Below the pieces are notes generated by a model, which had not been told where the DNA came from, did not search any database, and saw only the letters and a list, made by a program, of their open reading frames with translations. The translations under genes and the position numbers were made by a program. Shown piece by piece: positions 28,693 to 37,495 of a DNA stretch of 64,000 nt. Each line of letters begins with the position of its first letter. Position 1 is the stretch's first letter. Location: NCBI GenBank assembly GCA_022652945.1, contig JALCRV010000001.1:131384-195383 (forward strand), read 5' to 3'. This DNA is from Bacilli bacterium. Lineage in GTDB: Bacteria; Bacillota_I; Bacilli_A; RFN20; CAG-288.

Positions 28693-30270
28693 ATGAATAA
28701 AAAGAAAATTGTAGTATTACTGTCGCTGGTTTCTTTGCTTCCCCTTTCTTCCTGTCTGGAGAATCCTTTTGCCGGCTCGATAATCAATTACTCGTCCCAG
28801 CAAGAAAATATCTCGGTGACGACTAAGACTTCCTTTGCGGACAATAAAACCGATCCTTTTACTAACGGAACTTCATATTTCAAGGACATCGTCAGCGCCA
28901 CGGGAAGATACTCACCTAAAACCACAGGCAATATCCGCCTTTTAGTCGTGCCAGTCGTCTTTCAGGAGGATCAGTCGACTTATACTTCCTCTTCGTCAAC
29001 CGGCAAGAAAGTCCTAGCGGATCTGAATACCACCTTTTTTGGCACCTCTTCTACGACTAATTACTGGGAATCGGTATCTTCGTTCTACGATAAATCCTCA
29101 TACGGGAAACTGAACATCACCGGGACGGTGACCGATTTTGTCTATACCTCTAAGACTTTGGCTTATTATTCTTTGCTGCTTTCTTCTAAAAGAGTTTCTT
29201 CTTCCACCGTTATCACCGATGGGTTAGCAGAAGGAATCTACGATAATCTTTTTACCGGCACCAGCCCGAAATACAAAGTCTCCGATTACGATGGAGACCA
29301 AGACGGGGTGATCGATCTTTTCTGGATGGTATATATGTCTCCTTACTCAACCAGCAGCGATCTTTTATGGGCTTATACCTACTGGGATTCTTCCTCTTCC
29401 TATAACAGTCTTTCTAACTATTCCTGGGCTTCCTATTCCTTTATGTATGAAGGTGTAGCAACTGGCTCAAACGCTGTCGATGCTCACACTTTCATCCACG
29501 AAAGCGGACACCAGATGGGCTTAGATGACTATTACAGCTACGATTCATCGGTAAATTCGACTGCTCATCGTTATTCCCGTGCTCCTTTAGGTGGGAATGA
29601 TATGATGGACTACAACATTGTCGATCATTGTTCTTTCTCTAAATATTGCTTGGGTTGGGTTACACCGACCATCGGGGAGAAAGACCACACTTATACCTTA
29701 AAACCTTTCGCTGAATCCGGCGATTGTTTGATTCTGGCTAAGGATTTTAACGGGACTTGTTTCGATGAATACTTCATCGCCGAATATTACACCCCGACTA
29801 ACTTGAATCTTCTGGATTCCACCATCAAATACGCTACGAGCAATGTTAAAGGCTTCAGCGAAGCGGGGATCAGAATCCTCCACGTCGATCAAAGGCTGGG
29901 GAAGGTCTCTTATAACCGCACCCTCGGCGGTTGGGCGTGGGATGGACATTATTACGATAACGTCCAGCCTTTAGTTTCTTCCTCTTCGGAATATACGATC
30001 ATTTCTTCCAATACTAAAGAATACTGCTACGATTCTTCTTCCTATGCCTTAGTCAGCTTAGTCCAGGCTTCTGGAAATACTAATCTCATGCAGGAAAAAG
30101 ATAACCGCACCAACCATGCAGTCAACGCGGACTTATTCACTCCGCTTTCTAAAGTATTCGGAAAAGATGTCTTCCCTAATGGCACGAAGGCTGATGAAGG
30201 ATGGAGCCTAGACTTTTATCTTTCTGTCGATGCCTTAACCACAGCCGGAGCGACTTTAACGATTCATTAG
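28693..30270 (+). CDS. Ser/Thr-rich surface lipoprotein, putative zinc metalloprotease (HExxHxxGxxD, M6/immune-inhibitor-A-like)
   Basis: Signal peptide plus LSSC lipobox. HTFIHESGHQMGLDDYY zinc-binding motif. Confidence 0.7.
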   Translation: MNKKKIVVLLSLVSLLPLSSCLENPFAGSIINYSSQQENISVTTKTSFADNKTDPFTNGTSYFKDIVSATGRYSPKTTGNIRLLVVPVVFQEDQSTYTSSSSTGKKVLADLNTTFFGTSSTTNYWESVSSFYDKSSYGKLNITGTVTDFVYTSKTLAYYSLLLSSKRVSSSTVITDGLAEGIYDNLFTGTSPKYKVSDYDGDQDGVIDLFWMVYMSPYSTSSDLLWAYTYWDSSSSYNSLSNYSWASYSFMYEGVATGSNAVDAHTFIHESGHQMGLDDYYSYDSSVNSTAHRYSRAPLGGNDMMDYNIVDHCSFSKYCLGWVTPTIGEKDHTYTLKPFAESGDCLILAKDFNGTCFDEYFIAEYYTPTNLNLLDSTIKYATSNVKGFSEAGIRILHVDQRLGKVSYNRTLGGWAWDGHYYDNVQPLVSSSSEYTIISSNTKEYCYDSSSYALVSLVQASGNTNLMQEKDNRTNHAVNADLFTPLSKVFGKDVFPNGTKADEGWSLDFYLSVDALTTAGATLTIH

Positions 30271-30385
30271 GCTGCTTAAGCTCTTATTTATTTTATTTTT
30301 AAAGAATTCATCACCAAATAAAGCAGTCTATTTAAATGTATAATAATTGTCGAGAAGATATTTTGCTTTAGAGGAGAGTGTAAAA

Positions 30386-31900
30386 ATGAAAAAGAAAATT
30401 ATACCGTTTCTCGCTTCCGTCGCGCTTATGACCCTTTCCTCCTGCAGCATCGACTTTGGTTTCTCCGCAATTTACTCAGTCTCCACCACCTCCGTTGCAA
30501 CTTCTTTTACGGGCTCCAGAGAGGATCCCTTTTATAACGGCAGTGAATATTTTAGAAAAATGCTGATAAACGGCGGAATGTATTCCGCTCCGTCCACCGG
30601 CAATGTCAAAGCCTTGGTGGTCCCGGTTGTCTTTAAAGATGATCAAAGCACTTATTCGGACACCTCAGCTAAAGGCATCGAGTTAAAAAGCAAGATGCAG
30701 ACAGCCTTTTTTGGTACGGCTAACGAAACAGGTTACTGGGAATCCTTAAGCTCCTACTACACCAAATCCTCCTATGGGAAGTTGAATATCTCCGGCACTG
30801 TCACCCCTTATTTGAATTTGGATTACACCGTAGATCAGGCCCTCGCTTCGATTCCTAAAGGCAAAGACTCCGCTTCGATTACGAATACAATCGCTGAAAA
30901 AGCCTACGATGCCTTTTTCACCAACGGCTCATATAACTACAAAGATTATGACAGCGATAACGATGGAATCATCGATCTGGTGTGGTTGGTCTACTGCCAT
31001 GACTATTCCCGTTCCGACAACACTTCTTTGCTCTGGGCTTATACTTACTGGGATTCTTCCGCTAATTATTCTCATCTAGCCAACTACTCCTGGGCTTCCT
31101 CTTCTTTCATGGATGAATCAGGAGTCGGAGTTGATGCTCATACTTTTATCCATGAAACCGGTCACCAGTTCGGTCTAGATGACTATTACAGTTATGATAA
31201 TTCCCCTTCCCGTTCGCCGATGGGTGGAGTCGATATGATGGACAACAATATCGTCGATCATTGTTCCTTCTCTAAATATTGTCTCGACTGGGTTAGTCCG
31301 ATTGTCGGCAAGAAAGATCAGTCTTATACCTTAAAGCCCTTTGAATCTTCTGGGGATTGTCTGATCCTCGGGGATAATTTTAACGGGACCTGCTTCGATG
31401 AATACTTCATCGCTGAATATTACACCCCAACTGGACTTAACGCCTTAGATACCGCTAACGATTACGATAACGCCGGCGTCTATGGATTATCCCAATCCGG
31501 CTTAAGGATCCTCCACGTCGACCAGAGATTAGGTAAGTTCACCTCTAAAGGCTGGGATGGCTACCTATATGACAATCCTTCCACCCAAAGCCATTCCTCT
31601 TACTACTACTGGATGATTAATTCCAACTCAAAGTGCTACTGCTCCTCCTCAACCAATTACTGCTTAGTTAACTTAGTCCAAGCTTCCGGCAAGACTAACT
31701 TGCTTGAGACCTCTTCCGGTGGCGCTAGCAGCCATTTCGCTAATAATAACGATATTTTCACCTCGACCTCGAAAGTCTTCGGTCAGGATATTTATGGAAC
31801 CAACCAGAAAACCAATGAAGGATGGACGCTACCATATAAAGTCGAGATCTCTTCTCTTTCTTCTTCCGGGCTATCATTAACACTAAGCACGAATTCCTAA
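30386..31900 (+). CDS. paralogous Ser/Thr-rich lipoprotein, putative zinc metalloprotease
   Basis: Start set at MKKKII after a GAGGAGAG RBS; the ORF extends to 30347. LSSC lipobox. HTFIHETGHQFGLDDYY motif. Collinear similarity to the preceding gene. Confidence 0.7.
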   Translation: MKKKIIPFLASVALMTLSSCSIDFGFSAIYSVSTTSVATSFTGSREDPFYNGSEYFRKMLINGGMYSAPSTGNVKALVVPVVFKDDQSTYSDTSAKGIELKSKMQTAFFGTANETGYWESLSSYYTKSSYGKLNISGTVTPYLNLDYTVDQALASIPKGKDSASITNTIAEKAYDAFFTNGSYNYKDYDSDNDGIIDLVWLVYCHDYSRSDNTSLLWAYTYWDSSANYSHLANYSWASSSFMDESGVGVDAHTFIHETGHQFGLDDYYSYDNSPSRSPMGGVDMMDNNIVDHCSFSKYCLDWVSPIVGKKDQSYTLKPFESSGDCLILGDNFNGTCFDEYFIAEYYTPTGLNALDTANDYDNAGVYGLSQSGLRILHVDQRLGKFTSKGWDGYLYDNPSTQSHSSYYYWMINSNSKCYCSSSTNYCLVNLVQASGKTNLLETSSGGASSHFANNNDIFTSTSKVFGQDIYGTNQKTNEGWTLPYKVEISSLSSSGLSLTLSTNS

Positions 31901-31920
31901 ATCTCAACATAGATAGTAAA

Positions 31921-31961
31921 GGGGCTGTTATGATTTCAATCTTGTAACAGTCCCTTTTTTT
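31921..31961 (+). terminator. rho-independent terminator after the metalloprotease lipoprotein pair
   Basis: Hairpin ggggctgttat ... gtaacagtccc followed by TTTTTTT. Confidence 0.55.
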
Positions 31962-32183
31962 ATGCTTTCTAATGATAATTTTCATTTGTTAAAAAGGAAA
32001 CGAAAAAGAAAAGCAAAATCAAGGAAACATATAATAAAGATTTGTTAGACTCAAGATATTGTTGCAAAGAACTAACAAGCTTCGGAACATCGTTCTTTAC
32101 TAGAAGAAAATTCCTGCTGATTATCCAATTTTGATGAATATCTAATAATTCTTTCGCAGTAAGAGCAGATTAACTCAATAGTT

Positions 32184-32684
32184 TTATTTTCTTTCATAAA
32201 TCAGTATCCCTGTTTTTTTCATTTCCTGATCTATCTTTCCGTCAGCTTCGACATTCTTAGGGCTCATCAGATCGATCTCCTTATTTAATTTCTCTTTCAG
32301 TTCTTCAAGCAGGCCGAAATAAGCAAAGCCAGTAACATCTGACTGAATATATAAATCAACATCGCTGTTCTCTTTAGCTTTCCCTTTAGCGTAAGACCCG
32401 AACAGAAGGCAATAAGAGACTTCCGGATGCTTACAAAGCACTTCTGTTATCTTCCTTCTAACAAGAGACAAAGGATAAATACCAGTCTTAGTAGAATATT
32501 CAGCCTTAAGAAAACTTTCGTATTCGGAGAGTTTCTCTAGAATCAAATCAAAAGCCCAACTAGTGGGCTTTCTAATTCCCTGCTCATAGTTACATAAAGT
32601 AGTCTTTGGTATGCCTAGATACTTGCAGCATTCGCTCTGGCTGAGGCCGAGATTTTTCCTTAAGACCGCAATCGGGTTTTCCAT
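32184..32684 (-). CDS. XRE-type HTH fused to a minimal nucleotidyltransferase (Pol-beta/MNT-like) domain
   Basis: N-terminus LRKNLGLSQSECCKYLGIPKTTLCNYEQG (HTH_XRE). C-terminus LLFGSYAKGKAKENSDVDLYI (GS...DxD NTase motif). Start set at the internal ATG; the ORF extends to 32735. Confidence 0.65.
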   Translation of the reverse strand: MENPIAVLRKNLGLSQSECCKYLGIPKTTLCNYEQGIRKPTSWAFDLILEKLSEYESFLKAEYSTKTGIYPLSLVRRKITEVLCKHPEVSYCLLFGSYAKGKAKENSDVDLYIQSDVTGFAYFGLLEELKEKLNKEIDLMSPKNVEADGKIDQEMKKTGILIYERK

Positions 32685-32870
32685 AAAAATACCTTCTTCA
32701 TAATTAAATAAATACCCCATTGGGATATAGTACAAAGATATGTTTGGCCTTTAACACTAGAAAGCATCGATAAAAATAATTGCCGGAGCTTTTCTAGAAG
32801 GCTATAATAAAAGAGCAAACAGACGAATGCGTTTGCGACTAACACATATTCATAGAAAGGTCGTTTCAGC

Positions 32871-33071
32871 ATGAAGGGCGTAGTAAAGATGTTCAATTCG
32901 ACGAAGGGTTTCGGTTTCATCACCGGTGAAGATGGCAAGGATGTCTTCTTCCATCATTCCGCTTTGGTCCCGGCTTCCTTAGAAGCTTCGATCGCGGTCG
33001 GCGATAAAGTCGAATTCGAGGCTCAGGATTCTCCTCGTGGGCCGAGAGCTTCCAAAGTCGAAAAGATCTAA
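32871..33071 (+). CDS. cspA: cold-shock protein (CspA family)
   Basis: MKGVVKMFNSTKGFGFI...DVFFHHSAL with RNP1/RNP2-like motifs. 66 aa. Confidence 0.9.
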   Translation: MKGVVKMFNSTKGFGFITGEDGKDVFFHHSALVPASLEASIAVGDKVEFEAQDSPRGPRASKVEKI

Positions 33072-33090
33072 GATCAAAAGGATTGAAAAA

Positions 33091-33119
33091 GTGCCTCGCT
33101 TAAATGCGAGGCATTTTTT
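33091..33119 (+). terminator. rho-independent terminator after csp
   Basis: tgcctcgc ttaaa gcgaggca followed by TTTTTT. Confidence 0.75.
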
Positions 33120-33147
33120 ATCCATGATTTTGCCAAAGTGTTGCTGC

Positions 33148-33381
33148 CTAATGCCTTAGTAACAGGCTTTTAAGCGGAACACCACCCTTGAATAGAAGGA
33201 GTATGCTTCCACTTTTTTCGTCCATCTTCAGGCCTCTTAGGTAAGTCTTGAACGTTACCAAGTCTAGATAATTTTGGAGATAATTCTCCTTGCCTCTGAT
33301 ATAGATGATCCAATTTCTCTTTAACATTGTGTCCACAAATGTTTCCATCGATTTAATTGGTCCATCAGACTGCTTGAACAT
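33148..33381 (-). pseudogene. degenerate transposase C-terminal remnant (ISL3-like?)
   Basis: The short ORF has an SDGPIKSMETFVD...KRN segment reminiscent of the ISL3 SNGPIEGxNNKIK motif. The surrounding ~500 bp lack intact genes. Confidence 0.25.
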
Positions 33382-33667
33382 CTTTACCTAGAAGGTGAAA
33401 GCACTAAAGCCACAGCCAGAAGAAGATCTTAAAAAGGAGGCCAACTATGAATCCGCCTTCGAGAGAGTCAAAGTCAGCTTAAAGACCGAGAAAGTCTCCT
33501 CCGATTGATTCATAATTCCTTCCAATGCCATCGCTGATCAATTTCTGCCTTTAGACAAGAAAATGGAGTTCCTGCCTGGCGCGGCAAACTCGCAGAATGA
33601 ATCTGAGTTGAAAAGAAAGGGAGAGGAAACATTAGCGTCCTCTCCCTTTTTCAATACTCAAATGAAT

Positions 33668-35107
33668 TTATTTCACATCAGGCTTCTTGGCTAAGCCATA
33701 GTGCAGATTAGGCGAATGCGGATTGCCAAGCCTTAAGACTAGACCAGCGTCGAGCAGAGGCTGAATAACATAATTCCGGAAAGATGATTTTCCGGCGTAA
33801 GACGAAAGAGCCTGCAACTCGCTGATGGTCTTGGCTCCAGATGACAGATTAGCCAAGACTTTTTTCTGCTCATCACTCAGAGATATCTCAATTTGGCTTT
33901 CCTCGGAAACCAGCTCTTTTCTCTTAGCAAACGTAAGGTCCATCAAAGTAATCTGGTACTTGTTCCTTGAAATAGTAAGATACGGCTGAAACTCCCGCGG
34001 GTAGTCTTGGTAAACCTTGTGTATCTTATCGAAGCCCGATCCTTTTCTCTGCATCAGGCCACAGAGCCAAAACATCTGGCAGATGCCTTGGTTTCTTCTC
34101 ATGCTGCCGATATCTTCGATAGTCGGAGCCGTATAGCCGTAGCGGGCGGGGATGAAATCCCCAGGGACAGTAACTTCCATTCTGTCGGTAAAAATATCCA
34201 AATCGATTTGGCTTCCTGTAATCGTATAATCACGATGAGCCAGAGCGTTGATCAAGACCTCGTGAACCGGAATTGAGGGATAAGCCGAGATGGAATCAGC
34301 GTGATCGTCTTTTTTCAGAAATCCTTTACGGGTATTCCTCTCCACAAAGGCTTTCATGCCATCGTAGAGTTCCAGCAGATTGCCTTTGATCATTTTGTCG
34401 TCTATTGAATGATTGCCTCCTTTATCGAAGCCATCCCAAAGAGTGCAGTGAACGGCCACATCATCGGAGACAAAACCATCCTCAAAAAGCATTCCGGCAT
34501 TGGTAAGATCCCCATTGGTGCAGATTGCATCGGCCGACATCAGATCTGCTTTTTGCAGATTCGGATGGCCTTCGCTGTTTTCCTTGAATCTTTCAGCAAA
34601 AAAAGAGAACTTGCTGAGATCGAAAGGTATCTTGCTGTCTTCCTTGTCAAAGACTCGGAAGCGCCCCTGCATACCGAAAGACACGATTTCATCAGGTGTA
34701 GCTGGAACTGACTCGCCGTCCTTCCGGACATAGACAATTTCATTGTAATCCCCGATATGGTATTTGACCATTGAGGTGGAGGGATAAACAGACAGAATCA
34801 AGATGTAATTTTGATGATTACCCTCAAAATCCATAACATCGATTTTGAAATTCACAATCGGTTTTAAATATCTGGCGATATTATCGATGATAAGCCTCTT
34901 GCACTCATCGATTGTGGTGGGCGGAAGGCCTTTAACAAACCCATCGTCAGTCACTCCGACATAGATTGTCCCGCCTTCGCTGCTGTTGGCAAAAGCAGCG
35001 ATGCTTTTCAGCCATCCCTGAACATGCTTGGGGTCAAGCTCTTGCTTGAATTCGTACAATTCATTCTCTAAGTCTAGCTTAGGCAAATATTCTCTAATGT
35101 GTTTCAT
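33668..35107 (-). CDS. AlbA_2 (putative DNA-binding) + HATPase_c_4 ATP-binding protein, Schlafen/RecG-C-terminal-like
   Basis: N-terminus ...ENELYEFKQEL...IAAFANSSEGGTIYVGVTDDGFVKGL typical of the AlbA_2 / divergent AAA domain. C-terminal winged-helix-like tail. Confidence 0.65.
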   Translation of the reverse strand: MKHIREYLPKLDLENELYEFKQELDPKHVQGWLKSIAAFANSSEGGTIYVGVTDDGFVKGLPPTTIDECKRLIIDNIARYLKPIVNFKIDVMDFEGNHQNYILILSVYPSTSMVKYHIGDYNEIVYVRKDGESVPATPDEIVSFGMQGRFRVFDKEDSKIPFDLSKFSFFAERFKENSEGHPNLQKADLMSADAICTNGDLTNAGMLFEDGFVSDDVAVHCTLWDGFDKGGNHSIDDKMIKGNLLELYDGMKAFVERNTRKGFLKKDDHADSISAYPSIPVHEVLINALAHRDYTITGSQIDLDIFTDRMEVTVPGDFIPARYGYTAPTIEDIGSMRRNQGICQMFWLCGLMQRKGSGFDKIHKVYQDYPREFQPYLTISRNKYQITLMDLTFAKRKELVSEESQIEISLSDEQKKVLANLSSGAKTISELQALSSYAGKSSFRNYVIQPLLDAGLVLRLGNPHSPNLHYGLAKKPDVK

Positions 35108-35124
35108 GGCTTAATGATAACACA

Positions 35125-35174
35125 GAACTGAACTGAACTCAACTGAACTGAACTGAACTCAACTGAACTGAACT
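35125..35174. repeat. pentanucleotide tandem repeat (GAACT)3-CAACT-(GAACT)3-CAACT-(GAACT)2, equivalent to a 20-bp unit x2.5
   Basis: Ten perfect head-to-tail pentamers, directly readable, beginning 18 bp 5' of the start codon of the AlbA_2 ATPase gene (minus strand). Confidence 0.9.
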
Positions 35175-35196
35175 GTCTCAAGAATGAGATAGCCAA

Positions 35197-35335
35197 AAAA
35201 CTGACAAGGTTACCAGAGTCTATCACGTCGCTAAACGCGAGGATGGCAAGTGGCAGATCAAGTACGCCGGTGGGAAAAGCCATTATGCTTTATAACACTA
35301 AAGCCGCTTCAACAAAAAAACTGCTACGGAATTAA
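35197..35335 (+). pseudogene. frameshifted fragment of a DUF2188-like small protein
   Basis: Frame A reads VYHVAKREDGKWQIKYAGGKSHYAL*. Frame B reads GKAIMLYNTKAASTKKLLRN*. Together they resemble the small 'YHV..REDGKWxVK...KAIKxFDTKxEA' proteins. No start codon. Confidence 0.25.
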
Positions 35336-35347
35336 CCGCAGCAGCCT
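35310..35347 (-). terminator. rho-independent terminator after the DEAD-box helicase gene (minus strand)
   Basis: Minus strand reads CTGCTGCGGTTAATTCCGTAGCAG followed by TTTTTTT. Confidence 0.5.
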
Positions 35348-35372
35348 TCTTCATTTCTTAATCGACTAAGGT

Positions 35373-37214
35373 CTAATGACGGCCCCAGCCACCACGACGA
35401 TCATCGCGACGATCATCGCCACCGCGATATCCACCGCGATCAGAATGACCGTACCCACCGCGATCAGAGTGGCCGTAACCACCTCTATCCGAATGGCCGT
35501 AGCCTCTATCAGAATGGCCATACCCACCCCGATCCGAATGACCACCACGGAACCCGCCGGAGAATCCTCCGCGGCCACCCTGGCGTTTTTTCTTCTCGGA
35601 AAGTTCGACGTTCACTTCTCTATCGCCGAAGTGTAAGCCGATGAGACTCTTTAAGACATCATCGGAAGCGGTCTTCGGAAGTTCGAAGAAGGAGAAAGTA
35701 TCCTTCAGATAAATGTCGGTGAAATCCGCGGCTTTGACCGAATGGACATTGTCGAGGATGAAACGACGGAGGGAATCCTCATCAAGATCATCAGCATAGC
35801 CGATGTTGATGAAGAAACGCTGAGTCGTGGACTGATCGTCCTCTTCCGGCTGAGCATCATCTTTAGGAGCCTTTTTAGCATCCTCTTTCTGTTTCTTGGC
35901 AGCTTCTTTAGCATCCACGAGGAGCTTTAAAAGCGCAGCGGAGACAGCTTCGAGGGTATATTTAGTTTCTTCTTCGCCTTCGCCTTTTGCGGTTAAAGCG
36001 GCGATTTCCGTCTGGAATTCAGCAAGATCTTCAGTATCGACAGTCGACTTAACAGCAGCTTCAATTTTTTCGAAATCCATAGTTTTAATTACCTTTTTCT
36101 TTCTTTCGACGGGGATATATTCCGTCATTTTGCTTTTCGTCAATTTTTCGAACACGGCTTTCATCTTCATCTCGTCTTTTTCTAAGAACGTGTACGCTGC
36201 ACCTTCTTGGCTGGCTCTTCCTGTTCTCCCTATACGATGAAGGTAAAATTCGTCTTCATCGGGGATGGAATAATTAATTACTAAGTCAGCATCGATCACA
36301 TCGATCCCGCGCGCGGCGATGTCGGTAGCAATCAGGATGTTTGATTTGGCATCTCTAAAAGCTTTCAGGTTTCTTTCTCGGGCGTTCTGCTTCAAATCTC
36401 CGTGGATATAGGCGATATTATATCCGCTTTTCTTTAAAGACTTCTCTAGCTTATCGACATTGTGCTTCGTGCGGCAGAAAATAAAGGCTCGATTGAACTC
36501 GATGGTATCAAGCATGGTTTTCAGGACATCCAGCTTGGCGTCTTTCTCGAATCTGACATAGTATTGTTTAATCAGTCTTTGGTCTTCTTTCGGCAAGAGA
36601 ACGCTGACCCTCTCCGGATGATCCATGTACTTTTTAGCGGCTTTTTCGACGTTGTCGTCCATGGTGGCGGAGAAAAGTGCTGTCTGATGCTTAACCTTGA
36701 TATACGAGATGATTTTGTCGACCGCAGGCATAAATCCCATGCCTACCATTTCATCGCATTCATCCAGGATCAGCAATCTGATATCGTCCAGCTTCAGTGA
36801 GTTTCTCTCGAGGTGATCTATGAGCCTGCCGGGGGTTCCGACAATTATTTGTGGGTTTTCTTTTAGCGCGGCTGTCTGCTTAGTTATGGAGGCTCCTCCA
36901 TAGATAGCGACAGCGGAAATGCCTTTTTTAATGACAATCAGGCTTTCAATGGCGGCGACGATCTGCTCAGCTAGTTCCCTGGTCGGGACCATCACTAGGC
37001 ATTGGGGCTTAATTTGATTTAAGTCCAAGGAAGATAACATCGGGAGGGCGTAAGCGAAGGTCTTGCCTGTCCCGGTCGGGGCTAAGGCAATCACATCCAG
37101 GCCTTTATTGAGAAGCGGGATAGCTTTCTCCTGTATCGGCGTCAGTTCTGTCAAACCCATATCAGCTACTGCTTTGCCGATTTTCGGATCTAGTCCCAGC
37201 TCTTTAAATTCCAT
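35373..37214 (-). CDS. cshA: DEAD-box ATP-dependent RNA helicase (CshA-like) with a C-terminal RNA-binding domain and a Gly/Arg/His-rich repeat tail
   Basis: Q-motif, Walker A APTGTGKT, DECD and SAT motifs. The C-terminus has tandem GYGHSDRG octapeptide repeats. Start set at MEFKELGLDPKIG; the ORF extends to 37298. Confidence 0.88.
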   Translation of the reverse strand: MEFKELGLDPKIGKAVADMGLTELTPIQEKAIPLLNKGLDVIALAPTGTGKTFAYALPMLSSLDLNQIKPQCLVMVPTRELAEQIVAAIESLIVIKKGISAVAIYGGASITKQTAALKENPQIIVGTPGRLIDHLERNSLKLDDIRLLILDECDEMVGMGFMPAVDKIISYIKVKHQTALFSATMDDNVEKAAKKYMDHPERVSVLLPKEDQRLIKQYYVRFEKDAKLDVLKTMLDTIEFNRAFIFCRTKHNVDKLEKSLKKSGYNIAYIHGDLKQNARERNLKAFRDAKSNILIATDIAARGIDVIDADLVINYSIPDEDEFYLHRIGRTGRASQEGAAYTFLEKDEMKMKAVFEKLTKSKMTEYIPVERKKKVIKTMDFEKIEAAVKSTVDTEDLAEFQTEIAALTAKGEGEEETKYTLEAVSAALLKLLVDAKEAAKKQKEDAKKAPKDDAQPEEDDQSTTQRFFINIGYADDLDEDSLRRFILDNVHSVKAADFTDIYLKDTFSFFELPKTASDDVLKSLIGLHFGDREVNVELSEKKKRQGGRGGFSGGFRGGHSDRGGYGHSDRGYGHSDRGGYGHSDRGGYGHSDRGGYRGGDDRRDDRRGGWGRH

Positions 37215-37495
37215 TCGTTTCTTTCTTCTGTCTCTTTCAACGACGATACATAATAGCACATTAAGGAAAAGAAAGTGCAAAAAAATTATTGTCTGCAATA
37301 AAGCGATAGTAATTGAATGTAAATAATAATCGCAACTAAAGCATAAACTGGTTTAGTTTCCAGCTAATTTACCCGTTTTAAGAAGACTTGAAACACCTAA
37401 ATAGGCTGAATTCAAAGTCAAAATCCTAATATTTAAGAAAAAAGAGAAGATAGAAAACAGTATTCCCTTAACTAATAACAACTTTTCAATAGTTC

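Noticed and set aside
35366-35636. Overlapping +/- ORFs (35366..35578 minus, 35376..35636 plus) with repetitive TAI/MIV-rich translations.
   Set aside because: Artefacts of the 24-bp coding repeats in the DEAD-box helicase C-terminal tail read in other frames.
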